The notes beneath the pieces were generated by a model that saw only the letters and a program-made list of their open reading frames with translations, was not told the DNA's origin and ran no database searches. From Promethearchaeota archaeon (GTDB lineage: Archaea; Asgardarchaeota; Lokiarchaeia; Sigyniarchaeales; SOKP01): a stretch of 64,000 bases of DNA. The translations under genes and the position numbers were made by a program. The stretch covers positions 1-64,000 of the forward strand of contig JAUVXW010000007.1 of assembly GCA_030603385.1 (NCBI GenBank). The letters are read 5' to 3'. Numbering within the stretch: position 1 is the stretch's first letter; every line of letters begins with the position of its first letter. This document shows positions 40,914 to 50,998 of this stretch, in pieces.

Positions 40914-41339
40914 ATGAAAAAAAAAAACAGATTTATACTTATAAGCTTTATAGCAATTTTTTCTTTCAGTTTTTTATTAATTTATAGTTTTATTATAGTT
41001 CCTCAATTGCAATCATCTATTAATCAAATTATTGGGAATGAAAGAGAAAAGCAATATGAAGTAACAAATGTGACTGTAATAATCGATTATTCTGGTGTTA
41101 AAGATAATGAATTATTTGAAAATATTAACCTAACTAACTACAAAACAACAGCATATTATGCATTAGCAAATTGTTGTGCTGTATCTGTGCAAGATTTTGG
41201 ATGGGGGCTTTATGTAAATGAAATAAATGGTGTAGGTCCGGGTTGGATATATTCTATTAATGATGACCCACTACCAAATATACCTTCTAATTATTTCTAT
41301 TTAATGGATAATGATACAGTTAAATGGAAACATGTATAA
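40914..41339 (+). CDS. Membrane-anchored DUF4430 (transcobalamin C-terminal-like) protein
   Basis: GLYVNEINGV..GWIYSIND...NYFYLMDNDTVKW pattern; N-terminal TM helix. Confidence 0.75.
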   Translation: MKKKNRFILISFIAIFSFSFLLIYSFIIVPQLQSSINQIIGNEREKQYEVTNVTVIIDYSGVKDNELFENINLTNYKTTAYYALANCCAVSVQDFGWGLYVNEINGVGPGWIYSINDDPLPNIPSNYFYLMDNDTVKWKHV

Positions 41340-41363
41340 AAATACAAAGAATATTAGAAGAAA

Positions 41364-41798
41364 TTAATAATTTATATCATTGGTTTGGATTTTCTTTAAT
41401 AGAGGTTCTATATCCCTGAAAGATTTTCTAATTTTATGAAAATAATATCCTAATTTATATCCTTTTTTACATCTTGTAAATAACATAAAATCATTATCAG
41501 CATCACCTACTAATATAATTGTATACCCCTTAGCACCTCTGATAACTGCATCTCTAAGCTCACCTTGTTGTAAACTTTGGCTAATCTTTTCCCCAAGAGA
41601 AATCAATGTAGCTGGACTTGCACTATAGATATCCCCAACAACATCAGTAGTTTCTGAACTAGCAATACGTAATCCATTTTTTGAAACAATAGCAGTTCCT
41701 TCTAAATCAGTAGAACTTTCTAATTGTTCTAAGGCTTTCATTAACTCATCTAAAATTTGTTGGCTGATTTCAAATTCAGATTCTTTAACTTTTTCCAA
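41364..41798 (-). CDS. Roadblock/LC7 (MglB-like) domain protein
   Basis: LEGTAIVSKNGLRIAS...LISLGEKISQSLQQGELRDAVIRGAKGYTIIL. Confidence 0.85.
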   Translation of the reverse strand: MEKVKESEFEISQQILDELMKALEQLESSTDLEGTAIVSKNGLRIASSETTDVVGDIYSASPATLISLGEKISQSLQQGELRDAVIRGAKGYTIILVGDADNDFMLFTRCKKGYKLGYYFHKIRKSFRDIEPLLKKIQTNDINY

Positions 41799-41838
41799 TT
41801 TTAACTCCTCTAATATAATTATAATGATTTTTAAGAAT

Positions 41839-43257
41839 TTAAATCTTTTTTAGATGAAAACTTCTTAACTCTTTTAGATAAACGGGATCTCCCTTTTTTA
41901 CTTCCATTTCATTAGTTTCTATTCCCACAATAACATTTCCTTTAGTACCAAACGTATTTAAAACTCTTGTAAAAGGATGTTCCAACTTTTTGTCAACAAT
42001 CTTTTTAGCACCTATAACACTTTGAGCTAATCCTGTACAAATTATACCTTGAGAATGTTCTGGGTTCTTAATAGTTCCCTTTTTAACTTTATATTTATAA
42101 AAAAGTGGAGGATCTTTATGAATTTTAAATATTTTTGCTGATCCTAAGATTCTAAGAGCTGTAGGGGGTAAATCTAATCGGCTTATAAGCATTATTGTTT
42201 TTTCTTTTCTTATTAAAACCTTTTCTTTCAATATCATTAACGCATTAAATCCATTTTCTTTATTCGAAACAGTAAATTGAATTCTTTTACGATCTTCCTC
42301 ATAATAAGGATAAATATTGCCTACAGTAGTCAACATACCGATCGTAATGTGAACTTGAGTTCCAAAATGAGTTTTTGGTTTGAAGAGTTTATTATTATTT
42401 ACATTTATTTCAATAACATCACAATATTCAAAAGCATCTGGGTTGTTTGTTGCATAACAACCACGATAGATTTTATTCACATCTACCCCTTTTACATTAA
42501 TTCCTATTCGATCACCTGCTTTCGCAGAATCAACATTTTGATGGAAAATTTGAATACTTTTAACGCGACCTGAAGATTTTATTGGTAAAATATCTAAGTT
42601 TTGATTTAATCTTAATTTGCCACTTAGTAATGTTCCTGTCAATACTGCTCCTATACCTTTGATTGGAAAATGATGATCTACAGGAATTATAACATCTCCT
42701 CCAGTATCCCTTTTTAATTCTATAGAATTTATTATGTCTAAAATTCCATGTTTTAATTCCTTAAAACCGGTATTAGTTTTTGCAGAAACGGGATATACTG
42801 GTATATTTGAACCATAAGATGTAGTTTTAAAAAAATTCCTTGTCTTTTCTATTTCATCATTAATATTTCCAGAAAATAGATCAATTTTATTAAGAATTAC
42901 AATTATTTTACTAATTCCAAGCGATTCAACCATAATAATATGCTCTCCAGTTTGCACTTGAGGACCTTTATTTATATCAATAACTATTAAAGCACAATCA
43001 ATGATTTCCACAGATGAGGCACTAATTTTAATTAGATCGGCATGTCCAGGACCATCCACGAGTGTAATAAGATAATCGTTAAGTATAAAACTAGTAAAAC
43101 CTATATCTATTGTAATCCCTCTTTCTTTACTTTGAGGATGAGCATCAATACCTGCTGTTGATATAATTTCACTAAGAACTTCTGCAATTGCCGTTTTCCC
43201 AGAATCTATATGACCAAATAATCCAATATGTACAGGAATTTTCTTAGTAATATCCAT
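41839..43257 (-). CDS. selB: Selenocysteine-specific translation elongation factor
   Basis: GHIDSGKT, PQSKERGITIDIGF, DGPGH, NKID, DHHFPIKGIG; tRNA-Sec and SepSecS nearby. Confidence 0.92.
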   Translation of the reverse strand: MDITKKIPVHIGLFGHIDSGKTAIAEVLSEIISTAGIDAHPQSKERGITIDIGFTSFILNDYLITLVDGPGHADLIKISASSVEIIDCALIVIDINKGPQVQTGEHIIMVESLGISKIIVILNKIDLFSGNINDEIEKTRNFFKTTSYGSNIPVYPVSAKTNTGFKELKHGILDIINSIELKRDTGGDVIIPVDHHFPIKGIGAVLTGTLLSGKLRLNQNLDILPIKSSGRVKSIQIFHQNVDSAKAGDRIGINVKGVDVNKIYRGCYATNNPDAFEYCDVIEINVNNNKLFKPKTHFGTQVHITIGMLTTVGNIYPYYEEDRKRIQFTVSNKENGFNALMILKEKVLIRKEKTIMLISRLDLPPTALRILGSAKIFKIHKDPPLFYKYKVKKGTIKNPEHSQGIICTGLAQSVIGAKKIVDKKLEHPFTRVLNTFGTKGNVIVGIETNEMEVKKGDPVYLKELRSFHLKKI

Positions 43258-43439
43258 CTTTTCTAATTAAAGAAATGATGTAAGATATAAATTCCTTTTT
43301 TTTAATAAAACAACCTAATTTAGATTTGAGAATCCTAATAGAAAAGAGAATTAAATTTCAATAATTCTAAATTTCTTATAGCCTTTTTTAAACTATCCTT
43401 TAATTTTAAAAATAATCGTATAATAAAGATGAATGACTA

Positions 43440-44240
43440 ATGAATTATAGAGAAAATTTCATGGAATGGGAAGATCCAGGAATAGCATTAATTACAGGTG
43501 CTTCTGCCGGAATAGGTGCTGAATTCGCTCGTCAATTAGCTTCACAGGGTTTTGGTTTAATTTTGATCGCAAGAAGAAAAAATAAACTTGAAAAATTGAG
43601 TAAAGAATTACATGAAGAATATTCTGTTTTTGTTGAGGTATTTGTTGGAGATTTATCAAAGCTAGATGATAATCATAAAATTATTTCAAAAATCAAAGAA
43701 ATCGACAACCTTGATGTGCTTATAAACAATGCGGGCTATGGAATTAATAAAACTTTCCTACAAACAGATATAACGGGACATATTAATATGATTAATGTCC
43801 ATTTTACAAGCGCAGTAATGTTTTGTCACGCCGCTATTCCAGGTATGACGAAAAGAAATCGAGGAGTTATTATAAATACGTCATCTACTGCAGCGGTAAA
43901 TAAAAGTCAAATGGGTGTAATGTATACAAGTACTAAGACAGCGCTCACAGTTTTCAGTGAATTATTACAAGAAAAAATTAAAGACACCAATATATATATT
44001 CAAAGTCTGTGTCCAGGATTCACATATTCTGAGTTCCATGACACAGAATCAATGCGTGGTTTTCAACGAACTTGGTTTCCTAAAGAAGCATGGATGGCAG
44101 CCGAAGATGTAGTTCGTCTATCTTTAGAATCTGTAAAAAATAAAGAGGTAATATTCATTCCAGGAAAATATAACCAAAATAACACAAGAAAGATCCGTGA
44201 AGCTGCAATTGAGCAATATCTAAACGGAAAAAGGCTGTAA
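43440..44240 (+). CDS. Short-chain dehydrogenase/reductase
   Basis: TGASAGIG, NNAG, YTSTK (YxxxK). Confidence 0.93.
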   Translation: MNYRENFMEWEDPGIALITGASAGIGAEFARQLASQGFGLILIARRKNKLEKLSKELHEEYSVFVEVFVGDLSKLDDNHKIISKIKEIDNLDVLINNAGYGINKTFLQTDITGHINMINVHFTSAVMFCHAAIPGMTKRNRGVIINTSSTAAVNKSQMGVMYTSTKTALTVFSELLQEKIKDTNIYIQSLCPGFTYSEFHDTESMRGFQRTWFPKEAWMAAEDVVRLSLESVKNKEVIFIPGKYNQNNTRKIREAAIEQYLNGKRL

Positions 44241-44392
44241 GTATAAAATTTCAATAAACTCATTTAACATACTATAGAAGAATACAATATTTTTTTTAAT
44301 TTAAAAAGGTAAAGAATGTTTAAAAATCGGACTCGATTAATTTTATTTATTAATTTCATTTTAAGTAATATATAATATAATAATTATTTTAC

Positions 44393-45280
44393 GTGGAACA
44401 TATGCCTAAGTTTTGTCCATACTGTGGAAATCCAGTAAAAGGATCTGATAAATTTTGTATCATATGTGGGAAACCGCTTCTTGCTGATATCCCAAAAAGA
44501 GAAAAGAAGCCTGAAATCAAAGATACTAAGAAAGAAGAGGAAAAAGAGAAATCTGAAAAAAAACCAAAAGAAGAGGCACCAGTGGATAAAGAAGGAAATA
44601 AAGAAATATTAGAATTGGAAGAAAATGAAAAAAATGAAAAGAAATCAAAGAAATCTAAAGAGAAAAAAGATGTAAAACCTCTTCCCGAAGATGTAAAAGA
44701 ACAAATGGTATATTATATTGAATACAATGATATCCAATTAAATAAAAAGGTCTTAATAGATAAGCTAAATGTAATTTCGAAATTAACTAAAGACACTAGA
44801 TATGAATATGATTTCGCCTTCAAGAACGAAGTCAATATAAAACTTGAAGCAGTTAAAACACTAATAAACGAAATGAAACAAAAAGAAACCGTTGTTAAAC
44901 AAAATTTAGAAGAACCTTTTATTGTTCAACGAATTAATAATGATATCGATACAAAAGTGTTATACCTCGAGAACTTAAGCCGTGAACATAAATTACATAA
45001 AGTGGATAAAGAAACCTTTGAGAAATTAAGGGAAAAATACAAACGAGAAAAATTTGATTTGGAGACACAAAGAGAAGATTTAACTGTAGGTATGAAATTA
45101 TGGATTCAAGATTTAAAACTAGAAAAAGCAGAGTTATCTAGTGAGCGCAAACTTAACAAAGGTCAATTCCGCGCAAAAGAGATTTCAGAAGAGCAATATC
45201 AAGGAAACGATAAAGGTTTTGATTTGAGGTTAAAAAAAATTGACACTAAAATCAAAACATTAGAAGAATTGACAAAGTAA
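44393..45280 (+). CDS. Double Zn-ribbon plus coiled-coil protein
   Basis: CPYCG...FCIICG; Lys/Glu linker; long coiled coil. Confidence 0.75.
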   Translation: MEHMPKFCPYCGNPVKGSDKFCIICGKPLLADIPKREKKPEIKDTKKEEEKEKSEKKPKEEAPVDKEGNKEILELEENEKNEKKSKKSKEKKDVKPLPEDVKEQMVYYIEYNDIQLNKKVLIDKLNVISKLTKDTRYEYDFAFKNEVNIKLEAVKTLINEMKQKETVVKQNLEEPFIVQRINNDIDTKVLYLENLSREHKLHKVDKETFEKLREKYKREKFDLETQREDLTVGMKLWIQDLKLEKAELSSERKLNKGQFRAKEISEEQYQGNDKGFDLRLKKIDTKIKTLEELTK

Positions 45281-45330
45281 AGTTTTAGTAAAACTATTTT
45301 TATTAGGTAATATTTTTAAATTCGATAAAC

Positions 45331-45456
45331 ATGAGAAACAAGATAATTGGTATTATTATTCTAATCATAGCACTTTCTTTATTAACAATAGGGATAGCGC
45401 AAGGACAAAATAATTTGATAAATATTTTTTATGATGAAATGGCAGGAATTCCTTAA
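45331..45456 (+). CDS. Small membrane protein (41 aa), not in ORF track
   Basis: MRNKIIGIIILIIALSLLTIGIAQGQNNLINIFYDEMAGIP; fills the gap and its stop overlaps the convergent gene's stop. Confidence 0.5.
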   Translation: MRNKIIGIIILIIALSLLTIGIAQGQNNLINIFYDEMAGIP

Positions 45457-45803
45457 ATCTCCCACTTTCCTTTTTTAAGAGAAGCTGAATTATCTAGAAA
45501 ACCTTTCTTCTGGAAACTCTTTTCTTGCATTTTTCGAAATTTATTAGATTGACTATAGTGTGGTTTACACAAATAAATTTTCCGACTGGAACTATCTTTA
45601 AGTTTTAACCCTGCTTTTTCCACATATTTCTTCCATGCATTCTCTGAGAGAGAACGAATCGCATTCTCATTACAGTCTTTTACTGAACATTTTCTTTTTT
45701 TAGCCGTTCTTCCTATATCTCCTTTATCTCTAAGTTCCTTGGGAATTTTCATGATTTTACACTTGCTAAAAACTTTTTTAGGAATAAATATTATGATTTT
45801 CAA
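45453..45803 (-). CDS. Small basic Zn-finger protein (archaeal conserved hypothetical type)
   Basis: CSVKDC...AIRSLS...IYLCKPHY; true start may be the internal ATG. Confidence 0.7.
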   Translation of the reverse strand: MKIIIFIPKKVFSKCKIMKIPKELRDKGDIGRTAKKRKCSVKDCNENAIRSLSENAWKKYVEKAGLKLKDSSSRKIYLCKPHYSQSNKFRKMQEKSFQKKGFLDNSASLKKGKWEI

Positions 45804-45836
45804 ATAATTTTAAATTTTTGCTATATATCGAAAAAC

Positions 45837-46505
45837 TTGAATTTCAACGAAAATTTAATAAGGAAGAAAATATATCCCTGCGATTCTCATTCAAGGACTT
45901 CTCTTAATGATAGTTTCTTTACAAAAGCAGCAGTTCTTTTCTCAATAATCCCCCACGTAAATAAACCTTATGAGCTTATTTTAATTCACCGTTCAAATAT
46001 GGGTACAAGACATAGGGGTGAAATGTCTTTTCCCGGAGGGAAATTTGAACCTGAAGTGGACAAATCTTTAAAAGATACAGCTTTGAGAGAAACTGAGGAG
46101 GAAATAGGTGTACCTAGGAGTAATGTTAGAATTATAGGGTGTTTAGATGATTTTCCTACTATTTCGAAATTTATTGTTACCCCATTTCTCGGACTTATAA
46201 GTAACAACCAAAAACTCAAAAGAGATGAGAGAGAAGTTCAAAAAATCTTGAAAGTCCCGATTGATTTTTTTATAAACAAAATTAACTTCACGGAACAAGA
46301 GTTTAGTGTAGCTGATGAAAAATTCCCTGTTTTTTATTTTAACTATTTTAACGAAGAAAATGGGCAAACTTATACTATCTGGGGTGCTACTGCCTTTTTA
46401 ATCACACATTTCCTTGAGCTAGTCTACAATGTTCAAATCGGGTCAAGAAAAGCAAGGAGACCCACGTTGGATGATATAATAAGAAGGCATCAATATTTAA
46501 AATAA
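45837..46505 (+). CDS. Nudix hydrolase, CoA pyrophosphatase (NudL/Pcd1) subfamily
   Basis: HRGEMSFPGGK...TALRETEEEIG...IWGATA. Confidence 0.9.
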   Translation: MNFNENLIRKKIYPCDSHSRTSLNDSFFTKAAVLFSIIPHVNKPYELILIHRSNMGTRHRGEMSFPGGKFEPEVDKSLKDTALRETEEEIGVPRSNVRIIGCLDDFPTISKFIVTPFLGLISNNQKLKRDEREVQKILKVPIDFFINKINFTEQEFSVADEKFPVFYFNYFNEENGQTYTIWGATAFLITHFLELVYNVQIGSRKARRPTLDDIIRRHQYLK

Positions 46506-46989
46506 TAATTTTTTGTATATTTTAATCTAGCACTCTTGATTCTTAGAGTGAGAAGAGCTACTATTGATGATCTAAAAGATAAAAATGTGAAATAATTTTT
46601 ATTTTATTTTATCTAATTTAGTAATGTATTCTGAACAGTTTTTACATTCTGGAATTTTACATAAGAAATTAATTTTTGGAAGAGAACAAGCTGAATGAAA
46701 GGGACATTCAAGTAAATTTAAAGCGATTGTGAGATCTACATCACTACTCATATTATTTTCCCATATTATTTGTTTTTTTTAAGAAAATAGCAGTTATTTA
46801 TTTATAAAGAGAAAAACAGTTCAAATTTAGTAAATCATTATTTTAATTAGATCTACTTAAAAAAGAATATATTATAAGACAATATAATATCTAAATAATA
46901 ATTTTTTCTGATAGAAATAAAGAATAAACTTCAATTAGAATTGTATATTTTTTGCATTAATTATATTAAAAACAATAATAGAGATTAAT

Positions 46990-48207
46990 ATGAAGTATAG
47001 AAAAATGGGTTCACTTGATTGGGAAGTCTCTGCTCTTGGTTTTGGGGCGATGCGATTACCGGTATATAATCCATTAAAAGTAAATGAAGAAGAAGCAATC
47101 AAGATGATTCGATATGCAATTGACAATGGTGTGAATTATGTTGACACAGCTTATCCTTACCATAATGGTCAAAGTGAAGTTGTTGTGGGAAAAGCTTTGA
47201 AGGATGGATATCGTGAAAAAGTCCATCTGGCTACTAAATCACCCCTCTGGATGGTAAAAAAAGCAGAAGATTTTGATAAATTTCTCAATGAACAAATTGA
47301 ACGATTACAAACTAATCCTGATATTTATCTCTTTCATGGATTAAATAGAAGTAGGCTTGAGAAGATTAAAAACCTGAATTTAATCGAAAAAATAGAAGAG
47401 GCTAAAGCTAAAGGATTAATCAAATACATCGGCTTTTCTTTTCATGATAATTATGAAGTGTTTAAAGAAATTATTGACTATTATAATTGGGATTGCTGTC
47501 AGATCCAATATAACTACCTTGATGTTGAATATCAAGCTGGTACAAAGGGAGTGCAATACGCTGGTAGTAAGGGTATTGCTTTAATAATTATGGAACCAAT
47601 TCGTGGAGGAAAGCTAGCCATTCCTGACAATGTTTTGGATAGAAAACCTGAAATAAAAGAAGTGCTTGATAAATCAGAAGTGAAAAGAAGTATGCCTGAC
47701 TGGGCCTTACAATTTGTATGGAACCATCCAGAAGTTTCAGTGGTATTAAGTGGGATGAGTTCTATGCAACAAGTTGTAGAGAATGTTGAATCCGCCAGCA
47801 AATCAGTAATTAATACCCTCACTAAAGAAGAATTGCAAACGATTTCTGAATTACGTGAAGCATATAGTAAATATATTATGGTTCCTTGTACGAGTTGCGG
47901 TTATTGCTTACCATGCCCAAATGGTGTCGCTATACCTGGAGTTCTTAGAATGATAAATGATCTCTACTATTGGGGTGACCGTGGTAGACCCAGAATTGCT
48001 TTTTTCTATAATAGGATGGCAAAATCAGAGGAAGATTTTGAAAAAAGGAAAGCTGCTGGCGAAGAAGTTGAAGGAGCAGCTACATTATGCATACAATGTG
48101 GAGATTGTCTTGATAAATGCCCTCAACAGATTGATATTCCCTCCTGTATGGAACAGGCTAATGCATTATTTGAAGAAAATAAAAGAGTTTCAGAAGTATT
48201 TAAATAA
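46990..48207 (+). CDS. Aldo/keto reductase with C-terminal 4Fe-4S domain
   Basis: LGFGAMRLP, YVDTAYPYH, CTSCGYCLPCP, CIQCGDCLDKCPQ. Confidence 0.92.
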   Translation: MKYRKMGSLDWEVSALGFGAMRLPVYNPLKVNEEEAIKMIRYAIDNGVNYVDTAYPYHNGQSEVVVGKALKDGYREKVHLATKSPLWMVKKAEDFDKFLNEQIERLQTNPDIYLFHGLNRSRLEKIKNLNLIEKIEEAKAKGLIKYIGFSFHDNYEVFKEIIDYYNWDCCQIQYNYLDVEYQAGTKGVQYAGSKGIALIIMEPIRGGKLAIPDNVLDRKPEIKEVLDKSEVKRSMPDWALQFVWNHPEVSVVLSGMSSMQQVVENVESASKSVINTLTKEELQTISELREAYSKYIMVPCTSCGYCLPCPNGVAIPGVLRMINDLYYWGDRGRPRIAFFYNRMAKSEEDFEKRKAAGEEVEGAATLCIQCGDCLDKCPQQIDIPSCMEQANALFEENKRVSEVFK

Positions 48208-48215
48208 AAAATTTT

Positions 48216-48308
48216 GGCCCTTGACGGTTAGAGTGGTCTCTGACACTGGGCTTCAAACCCAGTTATCCTGCGGAGGGATAGGGGTTCGATTCCCCTCGAG
48301 GGCCGCCA
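48216..48308 (+). tRNA. selC: tRNA-Sec (anticodon UCA), 9/4 fold, CCA encoded
   Basis: 9-bp acceptor GGCCCTTGA/TCGAGGGCC, 7-bp D stem GTTAGAG/CTCTGAC, anticodon TCA at 48253-48255, long variable arm, 4-bp T stem GGGG-TTCGATT-CCCC, G discriminator then CCA. Confidence 0.95.
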
Positions 48309-48326
48309 ATGGATAAGTGATATAGC

Positions 48327-49694
48327 ATGGTTGATTTTAATAAGATAAGTGAGTTTTTTCAAAATTCCTCTATTCCTCAAAATATGCTAGATAGAGGGCA
48401 AATAGTACTTAATAATTTCATGAAACCAATAAAAACTTTGTTTGAACAAAAGAGTGTTCCAAAAGAACCTTGGAGCGATGAGCAAATTGAATTTCTCCTT
48501 CGGACTCTTTCGAATATGGATACTGATAAAGATAGCAATGCAGCAAGAGTAGGAGAAAGAGAGGCAAGAATAGCATCAAAATTACATCTACAAACTTCTG
48601 CAGGATTTTGTCATGGAGTCGGAAGAAGTGGATTTCTAACGGCCCCGCAACCTAAAGCACCTGGAGGATCAATAATGTATGAAATCTCTAATTATTTAGC
48701 GAGAGATATATTAAGGAGTTATGGACTACCAAATATAAAAGAAGCAATTGTAGTTCCATTATGTACAGGGATGTCTTTATCCTTAACATTAGGTGCTTTA
48801 CGGCCAGATGGGGATAAAAAATATTCAAGTAGGAAGAAAACTGTATTAATTCCTCAAGTTGACCACAAATCATTGTTAAAATCGATAGAATTAATGGGAC
48901 TTAAAACTAAAATTATAAAAGGTAAAATTTTTGGAGATGCAGTAAGGATCCCAACTGAGGATATAGAAACTAATATTGATAATGATTGTTATGCAATAAT
49001 CTCAATTACGAGTTTTTTTCCGCCTCGTGAACCTGATAACATAAAGGAAATTAGTAAATTAGCACAGGAAAAAGATCTTGTCCATATTATTATCAATGCC
49101 TATGGTGTTCAGAGCCCGGAATGGATGAAATTAATTCGTTCAGCAATAGATGCCGGGAGAGTTGATGCGATAATTCAATCAACTGATAAAAATTTTCTCA
49201 CACCTGTTGGAGGGTCCCTGATTGCATCTCCCACTAAAGAAAATATAATTAAAATCAGCCAGACTTATGCTGGACGGGCATCAGCTACTCCAGTTGTTAA
49301 TTTTTTAATATCTATGCTCTCTTTAGGAATTAATGGTTATCAAAAATTGATTGAAGAACAACAGCAAAATAGAAAATTACTTGAAGAAAAATTATCAATT
49401 GTAGCAAAGAATTTGAACGAGAGAATATTAGAAATTTATAATCCTGTAGCCGTGGCTTTATCTCTTGAAAATTTAAAAGAAGAACATTTATTTGCAATTG
49501 GTGGAGCATTATATAATCTAAGAGTTACTGGTCCTCGAGTGTATAATCCTAAAGAAAGTGCATTTGGCACATGTTGCGAAAATTATCCAACCCCCTATAT
49601 TGTCATGAATGCAGCAATAGGCTCAAAAAAAGAAGATATTGTCTCTGCTGTTGAAAGGTTTGAGAAAGCTTATAAGCAAATAACTCTGAAGTAA
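48327..49694 (+). CDS. spcS: O-phosphoseryl-tRNA(Sec) selenium transferase (SepSecS)
   Basis: GEREARI, HGVGRSG...APQPKAPGGS, QSTDKNFLTPVGG (PLP lysine), YAGRAS; directly after tRNA-Sec. Confidence 0.95.
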   Translation: MVDFNKISEFFQNSSIPQNMLDRGQIVLNNFMKPIKTLFEQKSVPKEPWSDEQIEFLLRTLSNMDTDKDSNAARVGEREARIASKLHLQTSAGFCHGVGRSGFLTAPQPKAPGGSIMYEISNYLARDILRSYGLPNIKEAIVVPLCTGMSLSLTLGALRPDGDKKYSSRKKTVLIPQVDHKSLLKSIELMGLKTKIIKGKIFGDAVRIPTEDIETNIDNDCYAIISITSFFPPREPDNIKEISKLAQEKDLVHIIINAYGVQSPEWMKLIRSAIDAGRVDAIIQSTDKNFLTPVGGSLIASPTKENIIKISQTYAGRASATPVVNFLISMLSLGINGYQKLIEEQQQNRKLLEEKLSIVAKNLNERILEIYNPVAVALSLENLKEEHLFAIGGALYNLRVTGPRVYNPKESAFGTCCENYPTPYIVMNAAIGSKKEDIVSAVERFEKAYKQITLK

Positions 49695-49815
49695 AAATCC
49701 TCTACAAATTTAAAATTTCTACTTAATTAGAAATAAAAATAATTAAAAACTAGAAGCACTATATTTTAATAAAATTTAATCTAACTTTATTTATACAAAA
49801 ATATGGCAGATTGTT

Positions 49816-50496
49816 ATGGAAAACCGACTTTTATCTCAATTTAACGGTGTTATTACTTCGCAGTGGCTTTCCAAACAAATAGAAGAACCCTATGATTCCT
49901 TAATACATAGAGAGTTGTTTGAAATAGCCTATCATACCTGTAATTCCGTGGTTATGAGAAATATTTATATTAAATTATCTTCTAGTGAAGATCAAGCAGG
50001 CTCTAAAGCTGTTTTCTATTCAAATACTAAAAAATTTACATCTATAGAAGCTTTAGAAGATGGTTTAAAAATTACAAAATATTTCGGTCCAGAAGGTACA
50101 GGAGATAAAGTGGTAACGGAAATTCAACCAGCTCTTAAAAGAAGAAAAGAGATATTTATGTTAAAAGATCAAAATTTGAAAGCTCAGATCTTAAAAAGCA
50201 TTCTAGTCGAAAGAAAACTTGATGAATGTGCTAATTTGGTAATGCTAAAAGGTAATAATCGAAGAATATATTTTGCCATTGGCGATGCTAGAGAATCTGC
50301 TGCTGTTATTCCGATCTTCATGGAAGCTGAAGGGGCGAGTCTCGTACAACTAGCCTTAAATAAATGGATGGAGACAGCTCAGAGATTAAACCACGAACAA
50401 AACTTTCCCGAGAATCTTATATCTGGTTTTATTAGAAATCTTACCCAAATAAAAAGATGGCTTCTTGATTTAATTAGTGTTAATCTAGATAAGTAA
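49816..50496 (+). CDS. Hypothetical protein
   Basis: 226-aa ORF with host-like composition. Confidence 0.7.
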   Translation: MENRLLSQFNGVITSQWLSKQIEEPYDSLIHRELFEIAYHTCNSVVMRNIYIKLSSSEDQAGSKAVFYSNTKKFTSIEALEDGLKITKYFGPEGTGDKVVTEIQPALKRRKEIFMLKDQNLKAQILKSILVERKLDECANLVMLKGNNRRIYFAIGDARESAAVIPIFMEAEGASLVQLALNKWMETAQRLNHEQNFPENLISGFIRNLTQIKRWLLDLISVNLDK

Positions 50497-50636
50497 ATTA
50501 TCTTTTCAATTTTTTTAATACTATATTTTAGAAATCTTAAAATAATATCTCAATACATATAGAGATAATACTCTGAGATATATAAAAAAACGTGAAATTG
50601 ATGTTTCACGAAGAATCTATTTATAATAAAGTAAAA

Positions 50637-50822
50637 TGGGCCATCGGGGATTTGAACCCCGGATCTCAGGTTTTTACTTTTTATAGACACTTTGCTAATA
50701 AATTTTTGTATGTCTATAGGTCATTTATAAGACCTGCGCTTGTTGGCCAAGCGTACTCAAAAACCTTGATAACCAATTTAGAAATGGGAATAATTTTCCA
50801 ATTTTGGCTAAGCAAATGGCCC
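50637..50822 (-). tRNA. Intron-containing tRNA, most likely tRNA-Ile(UAU), with a 53-nt intron at 37/38 and ~58 extra nt in the D loop
   Basis: Acceptor GGGCCAT/ATGGCCC + A; D stem GCTT/AAGC; anticodon stem CAGGT/ACCTG with CT-TAT-A; short variable loop AGATC; T arm CGGGG-TTCAAAT-CCCCG; intron hairpin TATAGACA/TGTCTATA. Confidence 0.7.
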
Positions 50823-50998
50823 TTTGTTATCACTGTTTATGGCACTTTTTTATAATAGTTAATAAAAAAATACCATATAAACTCAAAAAGTACAAAAAGA
50901 TAAAAATTTTTTTATTGATGTAATCTGTTATATTTATAATTGAAGTAACAAAAAGAGTCTTTTATAAATTGCCAAAAAAAAGAAAAAGTTGATTATCT

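Noticed and set aside
46624-46806. Short frame with in-frame TGA (MYSEQF...EQAE*KGHSSKF) as a possible selenoprotein
   Set aside because: No redox motif, recognisable family or convincing SECIS; likely chance
47957-48316. 119-aa ORF in the track
   Set aside because: Overlaps the aldo/keto reductase 3' end and the entire tRNA-Sec
50592-50855. 87-aa ORF in the track
   Set aside because: Antisense to the intron-containing tRNA
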